DNA from: Candidatus Bilamarchaeaceae archaeon
GTDB lineage: Archaea; Micrarchaeota; Micrarchaeia; Anstonellales; Bilamarchaeaceae
Assembly: GCA_038851325.1 (NCBI GenBank)
Contig: JAWCKZ010000004.1
Span: 5,160 to 69,159, forward strand
DNA: 64,000 bases
Direction of reading: 5' to 3'
Shown here: in pieces, positions 48,795-57,306 of the stretch
How the letters are laid out: the number at the start of each line of letters is the position of its first letter
How positions within the stretch are numbered: the first letter of the stretch is position 1
The notes under the pieces: model-generated
The model's database searches: none
What the model was told of the DNA's origin: nothing
What the model saw: the letters and a program-made list of their open reading frames with translations, nothing else
Translations under genes and position numbers: made by a program

Positions 48795-49499
48795 TTATAC
48801 GTGCTTTTTGACATCTATCGCTGCTCCGCTCGGAATACTGTTCACATTCCTGATTAAGTCGATTATTTCCAGCGCTACATCCTCAGGAACATGTGCTGCT
48901 GGCTGGTCTGATATCTGCTCCCACATTTTTGTTTGCGTTGAAGTTGGACAAACCGCATAAACTGCTATTTTATCTTTTTCGAGCTCTTGAGCAAGCGACT
49001 CTGTGAAACCGATTACACCGAATTTGGTTGCGCAGTACACAGCAGCGTTGGCAAACCCTTGTTTCCCGGCAACAGATGAAATATTGATAATAAGACCGCC
49101 ACCTGCCTTTCTCATGTATGGTATCACTTCTTTAGCGCAGTGCATCAGGCCTATGAGATTTACGCCCACTACCGCATCTATCGCGTTATCAGGCATCTCA
49201 GCAAATGGGCCGTAGTGAAGAATTCCGGCATTGTTAACGAGTATATCTATCTTTCCGAATTTCTTAACTGCTTTGGTTAGCATATTTTTTATGTCTTTAA
49301 GTTTCGTGATGTCTGCCTTAACAGCGAGCACTTCAGCGCCCAGTTGCTGTATCTTTCCAGCCGTTTTCTGAAGTTCCGCAACATTTCGTCCTGCTATCAC
49401 AACCTTGGCACCGTTTTTTGCGAACTCCATCGCTATTGCCGCTCCAATGCCTCTTCCCCCACCAGTAATAATCGCAACCCTTTCAGCAAGAAGTTTCAT
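48795..49499 (-). CDS. Short-chain dehydrogenase/reductase
   Basis: TGGGRGIG, NNAG, NISS, YCATK. Confidence 0.93.
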   Translation of the reverse strand: MKLLAERVAIITGGGRGIGAAIAMEFAKNGAKVVIAGRNVAELQKTAGKIQQLGAEVLAVKADITKLKDIKNMLTKAVKKFGKIDILVNNAGILHYGPFAEMPDNAIDAVVGVNLIGLMHCAKEVIPYMRKAGGGLIINISSVAGKQGFANAAVYCATKFGVIGFTESLAQELEKDKIAVYAVCPTSTQTKMWEQISDQPAAHVPEDVALEIIDLIRNVNSIPSGAAIDVKKHV

Positions 49500-49716
49500 G
49501 CAGATAAAAAGTTTATCAAATTTTAAAACTTTAACGATGCGACACTAATTCTTAACGGGGGAAGAAAAGCTTATCCAAGAAAAGATACCTAGAACAAAGG
49601 CTGCTGCATGCTCCTGCTTTGAAGAATGGATGATGGGGAGGGATGCTAGGGAAGTATTCAACATGAAAGTAGAGTAAGGATTAAAATCATTCAGTACTTT
49701 ACTAGCACGGAGCGAA

Positions 49717-50238
49717 ATGATGTCAGAGTTGGGATATATTAATAGTTTGATAAAGATGGTTTACGATGACACCCTCGCGCACAGTCTTCAGGGTTATGAT
49801 AAAAAAAGAGCAGCCATTATGGAACTCGGAAACATAGGGGACATAACAGCGTTACCAGTACTCTTTGATGCGGTTGAGGATGTTCTATTGCGCAGTGCTG
49901 CTATTACAGCGATTGGTAAGATAAAATTTAGTGCGGAAAATGAAGCGGATGCCATGCAAGCAATAGATGTGCTTGAGAGAGTTATGGATAATTGCACAGA
50001 ATTCCAATACGAAATCTCTCGAACAGCACTGAAAAACATCGCTGAACGGATGAGGGGTAACAATACTGTGACGAACAGAATCGAAGATGTGCTAAAGAAA
50101 AAGAATGAAAAGAAGGACGGAGAAGCGATAAACGATGCCGCAGAATTTAGACTCATAAAAAAAGCTAGAGATGCCAGCAAGCAAGAAAAGGGAAGCAGCA
50201 AGCTGCAAAATAAAGAAGATAGAAGACTCAAGTACTAG
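49717..50238 (+). CDS. HEAT-repeat-like hypothetical protein
   Basis: RAAIMELGNIGD..ALPVL...LRSAAITAIGKI. Confidence 0.7.
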   Translation: MMSELGYINSLIKMVYDDTLAHSLQGYDKKRAAIMELGNIGDITALPVLFDAVEDVLLRSAAITAIGKIKFSAENEADAMQAIDVLERVMDNCTEFQYEISRTALKNIAERMRGNNTVTNRIEDVLKKKNEKKDGEAINDAAEFRLIKKARDASKQEKGSSKLQNKEDRRLKY

Positions 50239-50290
50239 ATATCTACCCCGCTCCCATAACGATTATAATATTACTCGCTGAATCTGAGTT

Positions 50291-50902
50291 ATGCTAAAAC
50301 AGAAAGAGAAGACGGTCGGTCTGCAGACCAGAATCGGAAAGATGCTCTCATTCATACCTCTCACTCCAAATCAGTTGACCATTGTTGCTTTTCTTACCTC
50401 TATCATGGCAGCCTACGCGATAATTACAAAAGAGCTCGGATACGGCTTAGCGCTTTTTCTTGTTGCTGGAACTCTTGATGCCATAGACGGGGCAATCGCG
50501 AGAGCACGCGGAGAGATAACAAAATTCGGTGGTTTTCTTGACGGCGTCTGCGACAGGTTTGTAGAAGCGCTTTTCCTCATTTCCCTGATGTTCTACCCTT
50601 TACCAACTATCTTCATAGATGCAAAAATCTGGCTTGCAGTGTTGATTTTTATCGGCACATGCATGCCTTCTTATATAAGGGCCTACGCGGACCATCACAG
50701 AGTAATAACCCACAAAGAGGCAAAGGCACTTGGTGGGCTTTTCGAAAGAAGCGAGAGGATATTACTGCTTGCCATGGGGATGTCTGCTGGGATTCTTGTC
50801 TCGATGGATTATTTCATTTATTCTGTAATACTAGCAATTGCGCTTTCCATAATAACAGTTGCGCAGAGAATTATCGTGGTTATGAAAAGACAAACTAGAT
50901 AG
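50291..50902 (+). CDS. CDP-alcohol phosphatidyltransferase
   Basis: TPNQLT, DAIDGAIAR...FGGFLDGVCDR. Confidence 0.92.
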   Translation: MLKQKEKTVGLQTRIGKMLSFIPLTPNQLTIVAFLTSIMAAYAIITKELGYGLALFLVAGTLDAIDGAIARARGEITKFGGFLDGVCDRFVEALFLISLMFYPLPTIFIDAKIWLAVLIFIGTCMPSYIRAYADHHRVITHKEAKALGGLFERSERILLLAMGMSAGILVSMDYFIYSVILAIALSIITVAQRIIVVMKRQTR

Positions 50903-51917
50903 AGAGTTTCAGTTGTCTCTCATTCTCGCGTTTTCTCTTCCTAAAACTATCTGTATCTTTTCTTAAAATCGCCTTTTTTAAAAAATACCTCACTGCTGCG
51001 CAGGAATTTTTCTTTAGTTCTTCATATGTTCGTACACTTTCTGTTTTTCCCAAAAGTTTTGGACGATAATCTATGTTATGGAACGGACTCATTAATAGGT
51101 CTCTCTGTTCGTGCGTTAATTTTTTACCTATAAGTTGATTCGGATCAGCGATCGTTTCCTTTAATCTCTTCAAAACAGGTTTTTTAAGATTGCTTATAAT
51201 AGGCTCCAGGCTTACGTCCTCAACTGTGTCGTTTATAATCCGCATAAGAGTAGCCTCATATATTCTTTTGAACGTTTTCCAACCGTTGTGTGAGGCGGCA
51301 AATTCAGGATGAAACTGAAAACCAATAACCGGATTACCTCCGAAACATTCGGTAGCATCGACTATCTGGATGCCGCCGTTACTCGTAGCAAGAACTCTTA
51401 TTTTGTCATTACCATTACTTATACTTATTTTATAAGCATGATTCACTGGAAAGAGAAGGATATCTCCTGCTTTGCCTACTTCATCTATATCTTCGTAAAG
51501 AAGCACTTCCCGCGGACCTATCTCAAATTGTATTATCTTCTTTGACTCGTTTCCAACCACCTTTGCGATTGCATGAAGACCAAAACATATACCAAGTGTT
51601 GGCACCGAGGATAGTAACGATTCTATCTGCGCAAGCGCTTTTTGAAGTTCTCTAGAATTTTCTGTTGTTGGCAGAGGACTGCCGGCGATTATGAGCAACT
51701 GAAAATCTTTCTCATCAAAATGGTACTCCTCTTTAAAGCAACGGATATGACGACAATTAAATAGGATATGAGAAAACAAATCCGCGCCATAGACTGCCTC
51801 TGATAGCATTTCTTTTATGATACGCGCAGTAAGCTGTTCATCATATTTTGTATAGTTAAGAGGAGTGTAATCTAAAATACCAACGTCAATCATCTTTTTC
51901 ATGCATTGATTAGGCAT
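50895..51917 (-). CDS. Class I glutamine amidotransferase-like protein
   Basis: LGICFGLH nucleophile elbow and FQFHPEF. Confidence 0.8.
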   Translation of the reverse strand: MPNQCMKKMIDVGILDYTPLNYTKYDEQLTARIIKEMLSEAVYGADLFSHILFNCRHIRCFKEEYHFDEKDFQLLIIAGSPLPTTENSRELQKALAQIESLLSSVPTLGICFGLHAIAKVVGNESKKIIQFEIGPREVLLYEDIDEVGKAGDILLFPVNHAYKISISNGNDKIRVLATSNGGIQIVDATECFGGNPVIGFQFHPEFAASHNGWKTFKRIYEATLMRIINDTVEDVSLEPIISNLKKPVLKRLKETIADPNQLIGKKLTHEQRDLLMSPFHNIDYRPKLLGKTESVRTYEELKKNSCAAVRYFLKKAILRKDTDSFRKRKRENERQLKLSI

Positions 51918-52021
51918 GTTATAATTGTAGAAAGATTACGAATTTAAACCTGTGCCTGCTTCGTCGGGTCTATGGACTCAACAACACTAAAATATTAAAA
52001 ATAAGTTAAAAGTAAAAGTGG

Positions 52022-52321
52022 CTAACAACCATACCTACCTGAAAGGGCTATCGCTGGAAGAAGACCTTTGCTGATTTCTTCAGTCATAACCTCTTTCTTT
52101 GAAAGCTCGCTTTTCTTTCGATTGCCGTTCTTCATAGATTCAATCGAATTTAATTTATTTGCTGCTACCAGAGACACGGCCCAGTCCTTGTGATTCAAAA
52201 GCTTCCTAAGTAACCGTATCTGCTTTTTATGTCCAGCGCTTTCTATTTTTTTGTTGACATACTCTGTTGAGTTTATTCCTCCATTTTCTTCTGATTTTCT
52301 CATTCTTATGTTTGTACTCAT
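52022..52321 (-). CDS. Small hypothetical protein
   Basis: 99 aa; ATGA-coupled to the HTH ORF; LLNHKDWAVSLVAA is HEAT-like. Confidence 0.55.
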   Translation of the reverse strand: MSTNIRMRKSEENGGINSTEYVNKKIESAGHKKQIRLLRKLLNHKDWAVSLVAANKLNSIESMKNGNRKKSELSKKEVMTEEISKGLLPAIALSGRYGC

Positions 52322-52512
52322 ATGGTTTCACCTCGTGATTCATACAAATTTATGGCACGCCATGCAGTCATTGTTGAGACGCCGGCAAAATCAGCAATCT
52401 TCCTAATTCCCAAATTACTTGTCCAATACAACTTCAAAATTAGATTCAGTTTTTCCTTATCAATCACTCTGGGTCTTCCTCTGGCCTGGTCGCTGCCTAA
52501 AAGAGAGACCAC
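52318..52512 (-). CDS. Small helix-turn-helix protein (resolvase-type HTH)
   Basis: RGRPRVID...LGIRKIADFAGVSTMTAWR. Confidence 0.65.
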   Translation of the reverse strand: MVSLLGSDQARGRPRVIDKEKLNLILKLYWTSNLGIRKIADFAGVSTMTAWRAINLYESRGETI

Positions 52513-52650
52513 CTCGATTTACTTTTCTTTTTCACACACTTCACCTCCGTTTACAATATACTTTGTTATAAATTAGAGAAGAAAAGTTTATAAAGACATG
52601 TATCATAACAACATCTCTCTTTTAAACCTTTTCACACATATGCAAACTTC

Positions 52651-53217
52651 ATGCAGTTCAGAAATAATGCTATGAGATTTAAAATCGAGACGACGTCTGG
52701 GGGTAATAGAGAGCAGAGCTCGCTAAAGAAGGTTCTGCTCAAAATCAACGCAATGCTTCTCGTAGCAGGTATTGCGGTCTGTGGCGCTCCCTGCTCTTTG
52801 CATGAAAAAAATGAAATCAGCATTTCCCAAATAATCGAGCAGACGAAACAAAAAACCAAAGGAGGGAAGATAGAAGTAAGGAAAAGAGAGGGATTTTGCG
52901 CCGTCCACTGCAAAAAGGATGGTGAAGGACCGTTTAGTTCTAGAAAAACAGTTTATGAAGTGGATTTCTCGACTGATGGAGTATATCATAAGGAGTTTTA
53001 CAGTAAAAATGGCGTGCTTATTGTTGAGGGCATAGGAAATGACACAGAACGATTGTTCAGGAACCCAAACTGGAAAGACACAACTGTAGCCGTTCGAGCG
53101 TTAAAGATCGGTGCTGTGTGGTATCCGATAGAAGATTACAAAGGCGAGGAAGCCGAAAGGCTCTGGGCAAAGGTCAAGTCGGGATGTTATCCCTACATGT
53201 CTAAAATGGAGGAATAA
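52651..53217 (+). CDS. Hypothetical protein with N-terminal hydrophobic segment
   Basis: 188-aa ORF; TTTTAAA box upstream. Confidence 0.55.
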   Translation: MQFRNNAMRFKIETTSGGNREQSSLKKVLLKINAMLLVAGIAVCGAPCSLHEKNEISISQIIEQTKQKTKGGKIEVRKREGFCAVHCKKDGEGPFSSRKTVYEVDFSTDGVYHKEFYSKNGVLIVEGIGNDTERLFRNPNWKDTTVAVRALKIGAVWYPIEDYKGEEAERLWAKVKSGCYPYMSKMEE

Positions 53218-53325
53218 AAATCTTCTTTGAAAAAGCATTTTCATGGGTATTAGAAAACTCCTATTGAACTGGAGAATAGTACAATTTTTGTAATCATCAT
53301 GACAAGCGGAATAATTTAGAAAAAA

Positions 53326-53496
53326 CGCCCTCACGGGGATTTTCACCAGAGGAGAAAGTCCTCAGGGCTTTTGACCAAGCCCTTTACTTTTGCCCTATGA
53401 AAGGGAGGAGTCAAAAGTAATGGGTTCGAACCCCGGTCACAGGCTCCGGAAGCCTGTGTCCTTTCTGGCATCCAATCCAGGCTAGACCATGAGGGC
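53326..53496 (-). tRNA. tRNA-Arg(CCG) with two non-canonical introns: D-loop 12 nt (53463-53474) and T-loop 59/60, 85 nt (53340-53424)
   Basis: Spliced: GCCCTCATGGTCTAGCCTGGATAGGACACAGGCTTCCGGAGCCTGTGACCGGGGTTCGAATCCCCGTGAGGGCG. Central helices CTGG/CCAG and TTCG/TGAA with 3-nt bulges. Confidence 0.9.
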
Positions 53497-53520
53497 ATCT
53501 TAGATTTTTCGCATCTTTGG

Positions 53521-53533
53521 TTTAAAACCTTTT
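53521..53533 (-). promoter_or_regulatory. BRE/TATA promoter of tRNA-Arg
   Basis: AAAAGGTTTTAAA on the - strand, ending 25 nt upstream of the tRNA 5' end. Confidence 0.55.
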
Positions 53534-53635
53534 ATGAGCAACCGCCTCAAAAGGCCAAACGAAGGATGGTGCTGCTATGAAAATAGAGTGACATAGTGAA
53601 AAGGCTTAAATATCTTACATGATTAGGTGTAGAAT

Positions 53636-55423
53636 ATGGCGGCAATATCAATTTCTAATAGACTTAATGCTCTCTCTGGCCCTTGCTGCTTAACAGACAC
53701 AAAATCAATCAATAAAGACATGCGTAAGGCAAAACTAAGCACGCTCGAAGAGAGGATATACCGAATTGCCGAAACCAAGAATATCAGAAACGATGTAGAG
53801 GGCATAATAAAGGCATTCAATATGACAGGAAATAACTACCATCAGTTTTTTAGAAAAAGACTGCTCGAAGCGCTACAGAGTGGAGCGCTTGAAAAGCCTG
53901 AACAAAGAAGGGCGCTCTTAACGCTCATAAGAGAAAACCCTGAAGCAGCGGATTCCATGCCTCGTGTTCTTACGAGAGAAAAAAACTTTCTTGGAGAATG
54001 TTATAACGCGCTTAATGAAAGTCAGATAGGAAGAGCAGTAAGGCTTGCGCGTAACAGAAGCCCAACCAACTGCCCGGAAGATATATCGAATACCATGGAG
54101 GGTATGATCAGAGAGGGCGCATTTGACGACATATCCGTAATAAGAGAAACAAGGTTAAGACTTCAAAACGCGTCTCTGGAGACCCCAGCATTTCAACTAT
54201 CGCAAGCGACCATTGCTAATTTAAATGGCGAAAACTTAGTAGCTTCTTATCTTTCGGGTTATTCGGCTGTTAAAACTGAACCTAAAACTAATTGTATAAG
54301 CGAGAGCAACGCAGAAAGAAATGCATTTACATTTGTTGACCAATTTAGCTCGATACAACACTTTCTAAATTTTAGGTTACTAAATTTACTAAGGGAGCGA
54401 TTTGCAAGAAAGCGGGATCAAAGTTGCATTCTTCTGAGTGAGCACGAGGTAAATGAGACGTCTAATTTTCTACTAAAAATGTTCAACCACCCGCTCACTA
54501 AAAATAGTTTGCTTTACGAACAAAATGCAACAGGCAAAAACGCAGAAAAAATTGTTGAAATACTTTCCACGCGAAAGCTTTCCGCGCCTAATGCCAAAAA
54601 AAGCATGGCGCTGGTTAGGTTTGGAACCACTGACATAGGTTTAAGCAATTATCTTTGGACATCCTCTAAGAAACTTGAAGAAAAAAAACCTTTGCACGAT
54701 GCTAAAAAGACATACGGAACAAATGGTTTTGAATGGAAACCAAAAGAAGAAAAAGAAAGGAGCAAGCATGCTGAAAAGAGTAAGCACGCTGAATTAAGGA
54801 GTAAGCCTTACAAGCAGAATAAACCAATATATAAAAAGCTTGAAAAAGAAAGTTGGATCAAAAAGCCGAAATTGACAACCGCAAAGAGAGCACCAAAGAA
54901 AAAGCCCTTCAAGAGTGAGAGATCTGATGATGAAAAAGACAGAACAAAATTTATGAAGAAGGCAAAAGGGGTCAAGAAGATTTTGAGCAGCATAAAAAGG
55001 GAAAAGGCAAAAAAGGCGCTTTTATCAATGAAGAACTCACTTAGGAAAATAAAAGAAGAATTAAGAAAAATATCGAACCTGCTAAAGGCAATGGCGGTTA
55101 TAACCAATTACAAAAACAGAACTGTTAAAACACATTACAAAAAAATAGAGAGGGAAACAAAAAAGATTGCGGACCGCGCTGTCTACACAAAAGAACCAAA
55201 AAATGTAAAAGACGCCAAAAAAATAAGAAAATTAATTAGGGTAGAGGATGAGATAAAACTTGCCAAAGACATGATAAAAAAATTAAATAATAAAAAATCA
55301 AATCATGCTGTGCGTTATCATATTTTCGACTTCTTTAAAACGCCTTCTTCTGATGCTCGAACAAGAGTTTTGCGCAACAGCAAAATGAAGAACGCATGCG
55401 CCTACACTAGAAAGCCTAGCTAA
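53636..55423 (+). CDS. Hypothetical protein with very Lys-rich C-terminal half
   Basis: 595-aa ORF, AGGTG RBS, TTAAATA box. Confidence 0.65.
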   Translation: MAAISISNRLNALSGPCCLTDTKSINKDMRKAKLSTLEERIYRIAETKNIRNDVEGIIKAFNMTGNNYHQFFRKRLLEALQSGALEKPEQRRALLTLIRENPEAADSMPRVLTREKNFLGECYNALNESQIGRAVRLARNRSPTNCPEDISNTMEGMIREGAFDDISVIRETRLRLQNASLETPAFQLSQATIANLNGENLVASYLSGYSAVKTEPKTNCISESNAERNAFTFVDQFSSIQHFLNFRLLNLLRERFARKRDQSCILLSEHEVNETSNFLLKMFNHPLTKNSLLYEQNATGKNAEKIVEILSTRKLSAPNAKKSMALVRFGTTDIGLSNYLWTSSKKLEEKKPLHDAKKTYGTNGFEWKPKEEKERSKHAEKSKHAELRSKPYKQNKPIYKKLEKESWIKKPKLTTAKRAPKKKPFKSERSDDEKDRTKFMKKAKGVKKILSSIKREKAKKALLSMKNSLRKIKEELRKISNLLKAMAVITNYKNRTVKTHYKKIERETKKIADRAVYTKEPKNVKDAKKIRKLIRVEDEIKLAKDMIKKLNNKKSNHAVRYHIFDFFKTPSSDARTRVLRNSKMKNACAYTRKPS

Positions 55424-55477
55424 TACGTATAAGATATATCTTTACCTGCTTATAATTTTTCATTTCTGCATAATGAT

Positions 55478-55675
55478 TCATGAATTAAGACAAGTCAGGG
55501 ATTTCTTGAACTCTTCGTACTCTTCTACGGTATCTTCGCCAGCCTTTACTAGACACTCTAAAAAACAGACTCTATCAGCAAGCTGCTTTACACCGCTTTT
55601 TCTTATTTCAGGGTCGCTATCTTTTATCATCTTAGAAAATGTTTCAAATGGGTAAATGTTTGGACACCAGCGCAA
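55478..55675 (-). CDS. Possible small HEAT-like protein or gene fragment
   Basis: KMIKDSDPEIRKSGVKQL; weak start. Confidence 0.3.
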   Translation of the reverse strand: MRWCPNIYPFETFSKMIKDSDPEIRKSGVKQLADRVCFLECLVKAGEDTVEEYEEFKKSLTCLNS

Positions 55676-55703
55676 TGTAAAAGAATGGCTGGCCTATTGA
55701 GCG

Positions 55704-56747
55704 CTATTTCTTCACAAGAAAATCTAACACGACTTGAACGACCTTCGGCGCGTATGGCCTAACTATTCTCCTGTTTTTTATTTCTACAGCAAGTTTTGCC
55801 CTTCTCGCCTCCTCAAAAATTCTTTTTTCTATTCCTTCATACGGATTCTCAATAGGACCGAAGGCATATATGTGTACAACACAACCATTTTTCGCTCCTG
55901 CAAACGCAACATCCAGGAATTGATCCGCACTCCTGGGCAATGGCATTAGGATACGATCAGCGAAGTCTTTATACTTGCTTAGCACAATCGCTCGCGCATC
56001 GCCCATCTCTACGATAATATTTTTTATTTTGTTTAATTTTATGTTTTCTTTCATGTACCTCACAGCCGCAGGGTTGAGTTCAATAGCCACTACATTGGCG
56101 CTGGGCTGTGACTTTGCAATAATAAGAGGGAACGGGCCTACACCAGCAAAGAGTGCAAGGATGCGCTCTCCTGGTTTAACAAGCTCTGCTATTCTCTTTC
56201 GTTCATGACTTAAACGAACCGAGAAATAGACTTTCGCGACATCAAGCCGCATACGGCACCCGTGCTCTGTATGCAACGTCTCTGTTCTGTTCTCTCCAGC
56301 TATTATCTTTAACGGGCGAACACGAAACTCGCTTTCTACTTTGCCGCACTTCCTCGCTACAACCTTGATGCGCTTATTTGCCTTTAAGATTGCATTAGCT
56401 ATTTCGCTCTCTTTGTGTTGTAACTCCTCTGGTATTTCTATGATAGCGATATCCCCAACAACATCATATGAAGTAATCAAATTCTTAAGCTCCTCTTGAG
56501 TTAGAACACCAGAAAGAAGAACGCGTAGCTTCGCTCCGCGTTCTATCTTCTCTCCTTCCATCTCGACCGTGCTATAACCCTTTACGGGTTGTGTAACTGG
56601 AAAGTAAACAAAAGTTTCATCATGAAAGGCCTTGTAGTCCTTGACATAAAGACCTTCCGCAGTAAGCATCTGTTTTGCTCTCTCAGCCTCTTTCTTAGGC
56701 ACCTTTATAAAAAGCATTCCAACACGCCTCAACACGCCCTGACCCAT
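55704..56747 (-). CDS. trm5: Trm5/Met-10-like tRNA methyltransferase
   Basis: SYDVVGDIAI, VAKVYFSVRL..ER, FAGVGPF, IELNP.A, RILMPLP. Start probably at MLFIK. Confidence 0.82.
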   Translation of the reverse strand: MGQGVLRRVGMLFIKVPKKEAERAKQMLTAEGLYVKDYKAFHDETFVYFPVTQPVKGYSTVEMEGEKIERGAKLRVLLSGVLTQEELKNLITSYDVVGDIAIIEIPEELQHKESEIANAILKANKRIKVVARKCGKVESEFRVRPLKIIAGENRTETLHTEHGCRMRLDVAKVYFSVRLSHERKRIAELVKPGERILALFAGVGPFPLIIAKSQPSANVVAIELNPAAVRYMKENIKLNKIKNIIVEMGDARAIVLSKYKDFADRILMPLPRSADQFLDVAFAGAKNGCVVHIYAFGPIENPYEGIEKRIFEEARRAKLAVEIKNRRIVRPYAPKVVQVVLDFLVKK

Positions 56748-56828
56748 TTGAGAGTAGTCTTTTAAAACACTCTCTTATATCTAACTAACAAAAGGAATAA
56801 AAAAGGATTAAAAACAAAAGGGGTACTT

Positions 56829-57302
56829 ATGGAAAAGATAATCAACGCCATAGTAGATGGAGGAAAAGCAACAGCTGGTCCGCCACTTGGTCCTGCTCTT
56901 GGTCCGCTTGGCATAAACGCAGGACAGGTGGTGACAAAGATAAACGAGGAGACCAAGGCATTCGCAGGCATGAAGGTGCCGGTAAAGGTTATAGTGAACA
57001 CTGAGACAAAGACGTTTAAGATAGAGATTGGCACACCACCTACAGCAGAACTACTCAAAAGGGCTGCGAAGATAGAGAAAGGTGCTGGAACAAGAGAAAA
57101 CTGGGCTGGTGAGGTAACGCTTCAACAAGTCATCGAAATCGCAAAATCAAAAACAAGTTCGCTCGGAAAGACGGTAAAGGATAGAGCAAAGGAAGTATGC
57201 GGAAGCTGTACGAGCATTGGAATAAAGATAGATGGAAAGAATCCAAAAGAAATCATCAAGGAAATAAACGAGGGAAAACACGATTCGCTCTTTACGAGTT
57301 GA
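56829..57302 (+). CDS. rpl11: 50S ribosomal protein L11
   Basis: GGKATAGPPLGPALGPLGIN, GMKVPVKV, PPT. Confidence 0.96.
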   Translation: MEKIINAIVDGGKATAGPPLGPALGPLGINAGQVVTKINEETKAFAGMKVPVKVIVNTETKTFKIEIGTPPTAELLKRAAKIEKGAGTRENWAGEVTLQQVIEIAKSKTSSLGKTVKDRAKEVCGSCTSIGIKIDGKNPKEIIKEINEGKHDSLFTS

Positions 57303-57306
57303 ATGT

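Noticed and set aside
51965..51976. CGGGTCTATGGA, an 11/12 match to the complement of tRNA-Glu
   Set aside because: A single short imperfect block, expected by chance in a window this size.
53349..53362. GAGGAGAAAGTCC resembling the RNase P RNA P4 motif
   Set aside because: It is the antisense of a hairpin inside the tRNA-Arg intron; no other RNase P conserved regions are present.
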